Below, piece by piece: positions 52,703 through 64,000 of a DNA stretch of 64,000 bases (position 1 is the stretch's first letter; every line of letters begins with the position of its first letter). Under the pieces are notes generated by a model. The model was not told where the DNA came from. It ran no database searches and was given only the letters and a program-made list of their open reading frames with translations. The DNA lies in NCBI GenBank assembly GCA_964016885.1, contig OZ024743.1, positions 92,194,001 to 92,258,000 of the forward strand, given 5' to 3'. Source of the DNA: Eledone cirrhosa (taxonomy: Eukaryota). The translations under genes and the position numbers were made by a program.

Positions 52703-52764
52703 TTTTATTATATATATTTCGAAGGTACTGTGCTGTTTTTTCAGTACGTCCTCGTCAGATAAAA
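52703..52764 (-). ncRNA. Type I hammerhead ribozyme motif within a fold-back repeat
   Basis: TTTTAT-CTGACGA-GGACGTACTG..CAGTACCTTC-GAAA-TATATA-TA-ATAAAA. Confidence 0.75.
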
Positions 52765-54924
52765 TACATGAATTGATGTATGACATACCTCAACGGTCTT
52801 GATGGTTCAATGTATGTATGTCATACATCAATTCATGTATTTTATCTGACGAGGACGTACTGAAAAAACAGCACAGTACCTTCAAAATATATATAATAAA
52901 ACATATTTTGATTATGTGAATGTCTTCATTTATTAATATTCTGAATAATATATATATATACTCTCTCTCTCACACAAACATCTTTATGAATAAAACACAA
53001 CTGTCACAATGATAAACACTGTGCTATATTTGCTTGGGAAATGCTAATTTGAAATCTACTTCCTTATCCCTCCATCTCTCTTGTTAACAAGATGCTCAGT
53101 GATTGAGCAACAGCTATCTATAGCTATCTAAATATGTATGTATTTATCTTCAGACTGTAAAAACTGCAGCATTTATCTATCTATCCATTCGCCTACCTCT
53201 TGATCTATGTACCTATCTATCTATTCTCAGTTCTCAAATATCACACCTGTGTGCTTATTAATTTTTCAGAATTTTTTTTCAACACCCTGCTCGTATTCCA
53301 ACCCCACCGCTTATTAAATCAACCTTGCCTTTCATCCTTTCATGGGCAATAACAAAATCACCAGTCTAGTACTGGGGTCGATTCTTCTCCTATATCTCTT
53401 TCTCACTTTCTCTCTTTGACTTTCTATCTTTCTCTGGAAGAAATCTGCTGTGTTCAGACCTGGAGAGGGATGAGCTCCACCAGGCTTTAAAATGCCCAAG
53501 AAACTCTAAGTATGCTATTACAGTGCCCCTACAACTCCATCAGGAATTATGGAACAAAAAGAGAGAGAAGACATTCATTATGTTAACACCAACTTGGCTA
53601 TAGCTTTTCATGCAGATGGGAATCCCTGAGTAATTTCTTTCAGCAATCTATTCTGTAAAGTGGTTTTAATTTTGCTAAGACTTCCTTGTACAATAATATA
53701 TATTCTGAATCGTCAATGGTTTACAAATGTGTCATGTTAAAACTACAAATGAATGAAATCTTTGTTAGCTGCCCTATCTACATTAGTGTTTTTAATAAGT
53801 CATGTCTACAATGTAAAGTCATGTATATGTTGCACCTTTTTCCATGAAAAACAGCAAAACAAAATACACAAAAACATTTTCATCAGCCAATTAAAACTTA
53901 AAACCAGAGATAAATATTTGTTTCTACTTTTGGCTCAAGTCCAGCAATTACCCCAGTGGATTACTGGTGCTTTATAAAACCAGAGATAAATAATAGGTCA
54001 GAAAAGCACAAAGTGGAATGGTTACTATAGTAACCCTGCGCATGCACATACACTTTTCCAACACATAGATCAATTAGGGAAGACAACTCTAATTGTTCAT
54101 ATGTTTTGTCTTGGACTGTTTCACCCCTCATCTGAAAAAGGGTAATAACCCTGAAACACCATGCTAAAATACACTGGGTAAAACATTGTTTGTTTTGTTT
54201 CATTTACCATCATTTGCCCTTCGTATTTTCTACCGCATTGTACTGGCTTTCAAAAAATTTATCGGTCATTTACTACAGAAACAAAGTAAAAACCAGCATG
54301 TGAGTTATCTACAGGAACTACAAAATCTTGTATATGCAAGGACTCTCCAGTGTGTTATAAAATGCACCTGGTGCACCCTGTGGAGTGGTTAGTGATAGGA
54401 AGGGTATTCAGCTGTAGGAAACTTGTCAAAGAAAGAGCTGAGTGGACTTTTTAGTTGTGTCAAAGATATGGCAACCTCCTTAGTGCTGGGGCCATAATAA
54501 AATGTACCTGGTGCACCCTGTTCTGATGCCTCCTCCCATTATGTGTCCATATCAATTTAATCTTCTCTCTTGCACACTACACCTGATTTCTCTTTTGCCC
54601 AGTATTTTTTCTTCACCTCCTCTGTTTCATCATTTATATAGCCTAACATTACACATCCAGCAGAGTACTACCATTTCACAGAGTATTGAGTACACTGGGG
54701 TCACTATAAGTAAAATACCCCAGAAACCTCCTGTGAGATTCATCCTTGTAGGAGGCCTCCTAAACCTACACATATATGGGCTGGTAGCTACAACAATTTC
54801 AATAATGATAACAATAACAGCAACATCGATAACATCAACAATGACGACAACAATGAAAATTGCCCTACTTCATACAACAGCTTGCAGTTTTCTGGCTGTG
54901 ACATAGATCTTTGTACCCCGCCAC

Positions 54925-55150
54925 ACTGCTGCTGCTACTACTACTACTGCTACTACTACTACTACTACTACCAGCACCACCACTACTACCACTACTACTA
55001 CTACTACTGCTACTACTGTTGCTGCTACTACTACTACTGATGATGATGTTACTGCTGTTGTTGATACTACTACTGATGATGATGATGATGATGCTACTAC
55101 TACTGCTGTTGATACTACTACCACTACTACTACTACTATTACTACTACTC
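54925..55150. repeat. (CTA/CTG/GAT)n trinucleotide low-complexity tract
   Basis: Direct reading. Confidence 0.9.
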
Positions 55151-56622
55151 TCTTTGTTCACTTATCACTGTTCTAAAGTTTAGTCATCTAAACAGATAAA
55201 CATATTTAATAGTTATAATTTAATACACATCACAACAAGGAAATATATTATGTCTAGTCTCTATTGTGTAAGAACGGAGAGTTTTCGTTTGTTTATGGAC
55301 TGAGCATATCATACACAGACCAGACAGACATATTTTATATAGAAATGGCTTCTATAGAACTTGAACTGTTTCATCACCGTTTAATGTCCATTTTTCAATG
55401 CTAGCATGGGTTAGATGAGTTGTCCCATTGTGAGACAAGCCAGGCCAAATGACCATGTCTTGCTTATACGGAACTGGTTTTGGCTTGGTTACTACAGTTT
55501 GATCCCCTTCCTAACACCAACCACATTTACAGTGTGTGCTGGGTGTTTTTTTCATGACACCTACATGACCACTTTTCAGTGTGGGCTGGGTGCTTTTTGT
55601 TGTGACACGAAAATGGCCACTTTACAGTGGGGATAGGGTGCCTTTTGTTATGTCACCAACACGATCACTTTACAGTGTGTGCTGGGCACATTTTGGTATG
55701 TCACCATCATGTCCACTTTACAGTGTGGGCTGGGGGCTTCACTGGAAGTATACTTCGTACTGCTATCGTGGGAGATGTATGGGAGGGTGGTGTGGTGTGC
55801 TGCATACTGTATTTATGCTTCAGTTTTGCCTGTACTTGTGGGAAGTCAGGTCTTGTGTATTACTGCATTTCGCCAGAGATCTCGGTCCTTTGTCATTGCT
55901 TTTGGGATGTGCAATTGGGCAAAGTCAGCTTTTATCACCTCATCCCAAGTCTTCTTGGGTCTCCCCATATATGTATATTTGTGTGTGTGTGTTATCATCA
56001 TCATCACTGTTTTACGTCCATTTTAGCATGGGTTAGATGGGTGTATATATATGTATAGGTATAAAAAGGTGAAAGCACACAAAGTTGATGGTAACCATGG
56101 AGTAGGCAGGCCTACGAAGGCTTAAGATGAGGTAATAAGAGCTAACTTTGCTCAATTACAACTCACTAAGGCGATGACACAGGACTTTGACCTCAGGCTA
56201 TGAAGTATTACAGAAGACCCGCCACCTATTATTCTCAGGCTGGGGCATATACATAGTAGGCCAAACCATTTCCTACCATCTCCCCTTCCATTTACCTACG
56301 CCCCAATTTCCTCAAGCATCTTCCCAAGTTTTCAACCTTCTCTATAATGTGATCCCTCTGGAGCCATGATAAAAGAGCCCAGTCCACACTTTAAAGTGGT
56401 TGGCATTAGGAAGGGCATCCAGCCGTAGAATCCAAGCCCAAATCAGTTCTGTGTAAGCGAATCACGGTTACCACCACCAACAACAACATCAACAACATTA
56501 GTAATATCACCACCAACACCAACAGCAGCAGCACCACCCTCAATACCTCCAACATCACCAACTCCACCAACACCAATAACACCAATTAAACAAACTCCAC
56601 CACCAACAATAACACTACCACT

Positions 56623-56654
<32 letters not shown>

Positions 56655-57094
56655 CAGCCAACTAGACAGCCTCTACATCAAGGATTCTCTAGACTTTTTT
56701 AGAACCTTTTGGAGGGCGGGCATTATGGAATTCTTGACCAGTTATGAAGTCCTTCATGAAATCCTTGGCCTCAAATTGACCCACCGACTCACCCCTGGCA
56801 GCCAGGTACAAAAATAAAGAAGTAAATATATAAATTAGAAAACAGAAAGTAAAATATAAATAGACTATAAAGATAGATTATTGAGATAATAAATGAACAA
56901 ATAAGAAACCTGTATAAGCAAGTTGTGTTTTATTGTTTCTATATTTCATAGCTGTTTAATATCTGTTTTGTATGTTTCATGAGTTGGGTTAGACAGTTTG
57001 TCACATTCTGAAGGTCAGAGAACCAAGGCTCCCTCCAATTTTGACATGATTTCTCTGGCTGGATGAACTTCCTCACACTAATCAATTCACAGCA

Positions 57095-57430
57095 TGTACT
57101 GGAAATGTTTTATTGTGGCATTAGCACTAACTACCATATTGCAGGGTGGACTGGGTGTGTTTTATCATGGCATCAGCGCTACCACATTACAGGGTAGACT
57201 GGGTGTGTTTTATGTTGGCATCAGCACTACCACATTACAGCATCGACTAGGTGTGTTTTATCATGTCACCAGTGCTACCACATTACAAGGGGGACTGGGT
57301 GTGTTTTATCATGTCACTAGTGCTACCACATTACAGGGTAGACTAGTTGTTTTATTATGACATCAATACTACCACATTACAGGGTGGATTGGGTGTGTTT
57401 TATCATGGTGTGTACTACCACTTTGCAGAG
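57095..57430. repeat. Short ~47 bp array related (reverse) to the 26760 array
   Basis: CTACCACATTACAGGGT.GACTGGGTGTGTTTTATCATG units. Confidence 0.8.
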
Positions 57431-57649
57431 TGATATTCCTAATTTTCAAAATAGGAAGACAAGAGAGATTGCTCTAATTATAGAGGCATCTCCTTGTTAA
57501 GCCTCCCTGTCTATGCTAAGTGACTAGGGATGTTGTTGAGTTTATTCGTAAACATATATATTATTCTATATACAAAACTTACATACTTATATATACAGCT
57601 ATGTTGGAACACCTTAATTCTATAGCGATGATAGTAATGATGATAATAA

Positions 57650-57836
57650 TTGAGGGGAGGGGAAAGTCGATTAAGTTGACCCCAATGTATGACTGGTACA
57701 TTATAATATCGACCCCTGTAAAGATGAAAGACAAAGCTAACCTTGGCGGTATTTGAACTCAGAACATAAATGGCCATAACTCCTTGCTGCAAAGCATGGT
57801 GTGTGATATTCTACCAATTCTGCCAATCCACCACCC
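57650..57836 (-). mobile_element. SINE family 1, diverged
   Basis: Reverse complement with B-box and core. Confidence 0.75.
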
Positions 57837-58424
57837 TTATGATGATGATGATGATGATGTTGGTGATGGTGATGGCCCCCTAATTATATGACAGTGGGAA
57901 ATCAGAAGAAAACAATATCTGAAATGAAACCCATACTTCAGCAAATATTTTCCATTGAAAATCTATTTAGAAATATTTTCTCACACAACAAATATATTTT
58001 CTCCATGTTAATGAAGGTGCTGGAATGTTAGCCTGCTATTCAAAGCCAAATTATTCAACTTTTATAGGCTTAAAAACCTATAATACAGAAGTGATATGAC
58101 GGGATTATGTTCATCATCATCATTTTACATTTGTTTTCCATGCTAGCATGTATTGGATAGGTTGTCATAGCCTGGGACTAGACAGGTTGGGGAACCACAA
58201 CTTGCTATATGTTCCATATATGGTATGGTTTATGGTTGGCTGTCCTTCCTAATGCCAACCACTTTACAGAGTGTACTGGGTGTATTTTATTGTAACACCA
58301 GCATCACTTCTTTACAGAGTGTACTGGGTGCATTTTATTGTAGCACCAGCGTTACTTCTTTACAGAGTGTACTGGGTGTATTTTATTGAAGCACCAGCAT
58401 TACTTCTTTACAGAATGTGCTGGG

Positions 58425-58925
58425 TGTATGTATAGTACATAGGGTAATGTACAAACGTCAGGAAAATGAACAATGCATGAGTCATGATATACATGTGTGC
58501 ATCTGTGTATGGAAGGGGGACATCATGTGTAGTTTTGGCAAATTTCGGGAAGCATGAGGGTTTTAAAGGATGCAGTGTCTCGGCAGCTAACAACTGACGC
58601 AGGCAGTTTGTTCCATGCTTCAGCAACTCTAAGCATAAAAAAATGTTTCCGAAAGTCATGGGAGCTGTGCTGTTTTCTGACTTTGTAGGCATGTCCACGT
58701 GTGTTAGACACATGGAGATCAAAAAGGTGCTCAGGGTTGTTGTTGGCAAGATGGTTAATAACTTTGTGGGTGTTTACCAAGTCCATTGCCAGATGTCGGA
58801 GCTTCAATGAATCCATGCCCAGGGAAGCAAGGCGTTCAGAGTATGGTAGGTGTCTGATGGAGGGTATGCGCTTGGTTGCACGTCTCTGAACAGTTTCCAG
58901 GAGGTCAATGTTCTGAATGTTAGTT
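58425..58925 (-). mobile_element. CR1-clade LINE 3' end
   Basis: NIDLLETVQRRATKRIP..YSERL..TRGHAYK..RKHFF..RV..WNKLP..FK. Confidence 0.9.
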
Positions 58926-60047
58926 CTCCTTGCTATCAAGGGTTGGACAGGTTGTCACCGACCAAAGCAGGACTCAATGGAGATACTGACCTGCAATCTA
59001 CCAAGTGCATTTTATTGTGGCAGCAACACAAAAGAGGTTGCCATGTCTTTGACACAGCAGAAATATCCTCTCAACCCTCTATTTGACATGTTTTCTTCAG
59101 CTGTTTACCTTTACATAGTGTACTAAATGCATTTATTATGTAGACCATGAGCACTAGACAGGTTGTCATGTCTTTGACATAACTGAAGAGTTTTCTCAAC
59201 CCTTTTTGGTATGGTTTCTACAGCTGAATGCTCTTCCTATCATCAACCACCTTACAGTGTGTATTGGCTGTATTTTTCATGGCACCAACACTGGATAGGG
59301 TGTTGGTCAGAGAATTGACTGAAGAGCACTCACTACTCTTTCAAGGGGCAGGTGATTGTAGGGTGGGAATAGCTTGGGAGGAGGTAAGAAAGATATATAT
59401 ATCGTGGGTAAATGACAAAAGGTGGTAGTATTTAATAGATTCGATGTCAGGGCTGGAGTAGGGGGTTCAAGTGGTGATGTCAGGGAGAGAAGAGGGTAAA
59501 GAAATGTCATGGGTATAAGATAGGTATGTGTGATGGGGTTTGACAAGGTGATGAGAGAGTTGGGATGATCCTGGTTAAAGTGAAGGGTGTACAGTGATAG
59601 TGGTATGTCACTATTTCTGGTGGCCCTTTGTCATTTTTGTCATGAGATTCAGCTTGCTATGGTCAGTCTTCATTTTACTTCTTTCACGAGTACCAGTTAC
59701 TAAGATTTCTCTGCATTTCTTTATAGTGTCATCTTCCATATACATCATGTCTTTACCACTGCAGCCATCTCTCTTGCATACTACAAAGTATATTTTCTCT
59801 GTTACTTTGCTTGCAACCCCATTACATTTATTGTGGATCCATAGATTACAGTGTGCTCCTTATGAAATTTCTGCCTACCCCTTTTCAACATAATGAGCAA
59901 GGTCACTTCCCTGATTGTATCAGCTTCCTGTCCTCTTTCCTCGGGGCCGATAAAATAAAGCACCAGTAACGTACTGGGGTCGATTTAATCAGCTTTCCCC
60001 TCCCCCTAAATTACTGGCCTTGTGCCTATACTAGAAATTATTATTAA

Positions 60048-60243
60048 CCCTTTAGCATTTAAACCGGCCATATCCTGCCAGAATTCTCTCACCTTTTTCT
60101 GTGTAAACTGGCCATAACCAGCTGCTCATACTGATGTTAAGGTATTCTTCTCAAAATAAATAATATCAAAATCTCATATATGGGGTCAAGTCTTTACTGT
60201 GAAAAGATAGTAGTATATATAAAGTAATGTAAATGCTAAAGGG
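60048..60243. mobile_element. piggyBac-type MITE
   Basis: TTAA|CCCTTTAGCATTTA ... TAAATGCTAAAGGG|TTAA: perfect 14 bp TIR and TTAA target duplication. Confidence 0.88.
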
Positions 60244-60724
60244 TTAAGTCTTTGCTAAAGTTATTTTTGTGCCTTTCAATTTTCTTCCGTGTCGGAAAGT
60301 TTTTCTCTAAATTCTTCCACTTATTCAGCTATAAGGACTAGATCATCAGCATACAGGAGTTCCCATGGAGTGCCAAGTTTTAAACTCCTCGGTTATAGTT
60401 GCAGAACAATGATAAAGCCATGGTACCCCCCCCCCCCCCCCCCTCCTCTCACACATACACACTTACACTTCAAATTCATCACTGTACTCATTGCCAACTC
60501 TCATATTGCTGGTTGCACCTCTATACATGACTTGCAAGGCCATCACAAGCCATTTGTCTACAGCTAATTTTGTTAGTACCGACAAGGGTCTTTGTCAAAG
60601 ACCTCCTCCAGATCCACAAAAACTAGATACAGAGGTTTACCATTGCTGCAGTTGTCTCACTAGGAAGAGGGTATTGATAACATCCTAACCTGGCATAAAG
60701 CCAAACTGCATTATATCTAAATGC

Positions 60725-60912
60725 ACTGGATTGGCAGTATCTGTAGAGGGTCAGACGCCATGCTTTGACGCATAGAGTTACGGCCCTTGCCATTCTGAGT
60801 TCAAATCCTGCCGAGGTTAACTTTGCCTTTCATCCTTACGGGGTCGATAAAATAAAGTACCAGTAATACACTGGGATAATTGCTGGCCTTGTTCCAAAAG
60901 TAGAAACAATTA
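60725..60912 (+). mobile_element. tRNA-derived SINE family 1, well-preserved copy
   Basis: A-box-like TGGCAGTATC.G, B-box GAGTTCAAATCC, conserved GCCTTTCATCCTTACGGGGTCGATAAAATAAAGTACCAG core and AT-rich tail; well over a dozen copies in the window. Confidence 0.85.
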
Positions 60913-61469
60913 TATCTAACTTTATTCTATTCCTAATTAGCTATGTTATAACACGTGGCATCATTACTAGAGAGGTTCTTAAGATTAGCTGCCTTCCTTA
61001 CCTTCATATCCCTAATTATCTTACCTACCATGTTGTTGTTGATGTTCATGGCTGGTCCCTTGCTGGCTCTACTTACAGATCTCTCTCACTCTCCCATGTA
61101 TTCTCTTTATTCAACAGCCTCTCACTGTAACCCTCCCATGCATTCAAATGAGCCACTATCATCTCGTACACACTTCACCCACATGCGTGCGAGCACACAC
61201 ACACACACACACACACAACTCCTTCTAAAGCTACTAGAAGTGGCCTAAAAGGTGTGTGTGTATGTGTGCAGCTATGTTAGAGCTAACACATTAATTAACT
61301 ATATATATATATACACACACACACATACATACATCTATACATATATACACACACAGATCTTCCTCCCCACCATATATATATATATATATATTATTCTACT
61401 GAAAAACAATTTGGTGGCTTAGCAGCCACTGGCTGAAAAGAATTTTAATCTTCTTAGATTCTGTAGCAT

Positions 61470-62120
61470 GCCAACAACAATAACAACCTCACCACCAGCA
61501 TCACCAACAGCAGCTACATCCGCACAAACAACACTACTACTGCCACCACCAACAACAACACCAGCTACAACAACGCTACACTCCACTCCACCACATCACA
61601 CTACACTCTACCATACCACACCACAAACTACAGTACCACCACCAATACCAGTGCCACCAACTATAACATCACACCATCACTGACAACAACAACAACACCA
61701 GCACCAACACCAACACCGCCACCAATTATAACATCATACTACACTATGCTCTGCCACACCACACTACATTACACCACACTGCCCTTCACCTAACCACATT
61801 ACACTCCACCACACCACACCACACTACTCTCCACCTCACCACACTATGCTCCACAATACCACACTACATTACACCACACTACACTACATTATACTACATC
61901 TCACTTCACTCCACCGCACCACACTCCACCGCACCACACTCACCACACCACACTACACTCCACCACACTATGCTCCACCACTCCAAACCACACTCCACCA
62001 CTCCAAACCACACTCCACCACACCACACTTCACTACATTGCACCACACTACACTCTACCACACCACACTACACTCTACCACACCACACTACACTCCACCA
62101 CGCCATATCTCCACCTCCAT
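61470..62120. repeat. (CAA/CAC)n and (CACTA/CACCA)n low-complexity tract
   Basis: Direct reading. Confidence 0.9.
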
Positions 62121-62499
62121 GTTTTTTTTCTTTCTGGTAATGAGATTAATCTCTTTAAGTATGGTGATTCCCAGGCTTCTGATGAAAAGAAAATATATAA
62201 AAATAAACAAATAAAAGAATGAAAGAGAAAGAAAGAAAGGATGAAAGAGAAATGGAACATCTAATATAAAATTTATCATTTTACTTTAACCTTTTTGTAA
62301 GGAGCCCAGCTGAAATCTCCCTGATTTTATGATACAAATTTGCCCATTTATGAAAATTTGTACTTATATTGAAACCTTCTATCGTAATTTTATTAAAGAA
62401 CCTTTAAGTTATGTTCCAAACATCTGCATACTAATGAAAAAGTTAAATTCATCCAGATTTAAAAAAATATATATTTAAAAAATCATTTGAAACACTTAA

Positions 62500-63815
62500 G
62501 CAGTCTTTCATTGGAAATATGGTAAAGAAAGGGTTGATGACATAGGCAGTGTTTTCATTGGAAATATGGTAAAGAAAGGGTTGATGACATAAACAGTGTT
62601 GTTCATTGGAAATATGGTAAAGAAAGGGTTGATGACATAGGCAGTGTTGTTCATTAGAAATATGGTAAAGAAAGGGTTGATGACATAGACAGTGTTGTTC
62701 ATTAGAAATATGGTAAAGAAAGGGTTGATGACATAGACAGTGTTGTTCATTAGAAATATGGTAAAGAAAGGGTTAATGACATAAACAGTGTTTTTCATTG
62801 GAAATATGGTAAAGAAAGGGTTGATGACATAGACAGTGTTTTTCATTGGAAATATGGTAAAGAAAGGGTTGATGACATAAACAGTGTTTTTCATTGGAAA
62901 TATGGTAAAGAAAGGGTTGATGACATAGGCAGTGTTGTTCATTAGAAATATGGTAAAGAAAGGGTTGATGACATAGGCAGTGTTGTTCATTGGAAATATG
63001 GTAAAGAAAGGGTTGATGACATAGACAGTGTTGTTCATTGGAAATATGGTAAAGAAAGGGTTGATGACATAGGCAGTGTTTTTCATTGGAAATATGGTAA
63101 AGAAAGGGTTGATGACATAGGCAGTGTTGTTCATTGGAAATATGGTAAAGAAAGGGTTGATGACATAGGCAGTGTTGTTCATTGGAAATATGGTAAAGAA
63201 AGGGTTGATGACATAGACAGTGTTGTTCATTAGAAATATGGCAAAGAAAGGGTTGATGACATAGGCAGTGTTGTTCATTGGAAATATGGTAAAGAAAGGG
63301 TTGATGACATAAACAGTGTCTTTCATTAGAAATATGGTAAAGAAAGGGTTGATGACATAGACAGTGTTGTTCATTAGAAATATGGTAAAGAAAGGGTTGA
63401 TGACATAAACAGTGTTGTTCATTAGAAATATGGTAAAGAAAGGGTTGATGACATTGACAGTGTTGTTCATTAGAAATATGGTAAAGAAAGGGTTGATGAC
63501 ATAGGCAGTGTTGTTCATTAGAAATATGGTAAAGAAAGGGTTGATGACATAGGCAGTGTTGTTCATTGGAAATATGGTAAAGAAAGGGTTGATGACATAG
63601 GCAGTGTTGTTCATTGGAAATATGGTAAAGAAAGGGTTGATGACATAGGCAGTGTTTTTCATTAAAAATATAGTAACGGAAGTGTTAAAGTTATAAGCAG
63701 TGTTTTTCATTAAAAATATAATTAAAAGGTTAGACATAAGCAGTATGTTTCATTGGAAATATGGTAATGAAAGGGTTAAAGACATAGACAGTGTCTTTCA
63801 TTAGAAATATGGTAA
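62500..63815. repeat. 48 bp minisatellite, ~27 copies
   Basis: GGTAAAGAAAGGGTTGATGACATAGGCAGTGTTGTTCATTGGAAATAT; period measured 62568 to 62616. Confidence 0.97.
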
Positions 63816-64000
63816 CATTTAGATACCTGTTGTGTTGTTTTATTTTGTTGTTTTTTTTTGCCTACTGTAGTACAGTGGAAGAAATAAAAAAAAGTCAATA
63901 TCTAAATATTATATTAGTCATTATACTGACTAATATACTATTGGGTCTGGTTTATATGATTGAGATGGGAAATTGAATTAACCGCTATAATATTCAGTGA

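Larger units (their letters stand above)
59600..60955 (-). mobile_element. Old RTE LINE fragment interrupted by SINEs and a piggyBac-type MITE
   Basis: WELLYADDLVLIAE and QFGFMPG remnants at 60290-60720 continue across inserted elements. Confidence 0.65.

Noticed and set aside
60725-60830. tRNA genes at the GAGTTCAAATCC motifs
   Set aside because: They are SINE heads followed by a shared core and tail; no complete cloverleaf was seen.
62508-63737. 409 aa ORF with a 16-aa repeat
   Set aside because: 48 bp satellite derived from a MITE end; open only because the unit is a multiple of 3.

Overview
Eukaryotic, AT-rich, microsatellite-dense DNA. The repeat landscape suggests an octopod cephalopod, but that is inference. 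Only one host coding segment is supported: a ~2 kb first coding exon (ATG 14912, splice donor after 16925). Its N-terminus resembles the BCR oligomerisation coiled coil and is followed by a long disordered region. The rest appears intronic or intergenic and is filled with transposable elements: several RTE-clade LINE families (one with a C4-H-C3 PHD finger inserted inside the reverse transcriptase), fragments of CR1, R4/Dong, CRE and Penelope elements, a full-length frameshifted DD37D (maT) transposon, piggyBac- and pogo-type MITEs, tRNA-derived SINEs, and four long minisatellites (55, 39, 47 and 48 bp units), at least two built from TE ends. The most striking unannotated layer is about ten hammerhead-ribozyme-like motifs of several families, mostly on the gene's sense strand, together with many fold-back inverted repeats beside (TA)n tracts. 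All calls come from reading the sequence and recalled family motifs; no searches were run.
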